Part shown: positions 63,852 through 64,000 of the stretch, one piece after another | Layout of the letters: the number at the start of each line of letters is the position of its first letter | Numbering within the stretch: position 1 is the stretch's first letter | Origin: Naegleria gruberi | Lineage: Eukaryota | Assembly (NCBI GenBank): GCA_000004985.1 | Contig: GG738872.1 | Length of the DNA stretch: 64,000 nt | Direction: 5' to 3' (one strand) | Notes under the pieces: model-generated | The model's input: only the letters and a program-made list of their open reading frames with translations | The model's database searches: none | What the model was told of the DNA's origin: nothing | Made by a program: the position numbers and the translations under genes

Positions 63852-64000
63852 ATAAATAAATTGTTTTTGTTCTCATTTAATGCATGGCTTGGATTTCTAT
63901 ATCAGAAAGGCATGGTATTCCATTCGAAATCTTCTTTAGAATGGCGTAGGTAAAAAGGAAGTGTGACTTGTCGTCATTTGCAAGGTAAGCAATTGAGTAA

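Noticed and set aside
1-64000. Prokaryote-style features (CRISPR arrays, operons, IS elements, rho-independent terminators)
   Set aside because: None were seen. The window is eukaryotic (telomere, spliceosomal introns, nuclear pore, histone and flagellar genes).

Overview
This window is the left end of a linear eukaryotic chromosome. It is AT-rich, uses the standard genetic code, and has short spliceosomal introns (42-156 nt, almost all GTAAGT...AG). Gene content (enkurin, a hybrid histidine kinase, receptor-type cyclase-like genes, a presequence-bearing ferritin, NHL/EGF receptor kinase) suggests a free-living amoeboflagellate such as a heterolobosean, but that taxon is only a guess. All calls come from reading the sequence and ORF translations by eye; no BLAST, HMM or statistics were run.

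Layout:
- 1-472: terminal telomere array (CCCAAA)n.
- 473-9705: a terminal block, broken by a 4.3-kb N gap. It carries the N-terminal part of a histone H3 variant, a 159-aa ORF, and a 921-aa ORF combining a tyrosine-recombinase core with a C-terminal chromodomain.
- 9706-9731: a second telomere-repeat tract in the same orientation, lying internally.
- From 9733: the middle of a receptor cyclase-like gene starts abruptly (a relic). This looks like a healed chromosome break with the block added distal to it later.
- 10.5-64 kb: a compact, ordinary gene array. It contains an IT-superfamily permease with TrkA-C domains, two intact receptor cyclase-like paralogues with degenerate catalytic residues, NUP210/gp210, a type I membrane protein, a GAF-PAS hybrid histidine kinase, a solitary 5S rRNA gene, a 1392-aa NHL-EGF receptor kinase, a formate/nitrite transporter, a DH-PH RhoGEF, enkurin, a PGAP1-like protein lacking GxSxG, a ferritin with an N-terminal presequence, a 7-TM protein and a His/Cys-rich WD-like protein.

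Besides the chromosome-end structure, the main outlier is an intronless 9.4-kb ORF encoding a complete bacterial-type cyclic beta-1,2-glucan synthase (GT84, glucanotransferase and GH94 modules). It is embedded among intron-containing eukaryotic genes and uses host-like codons.
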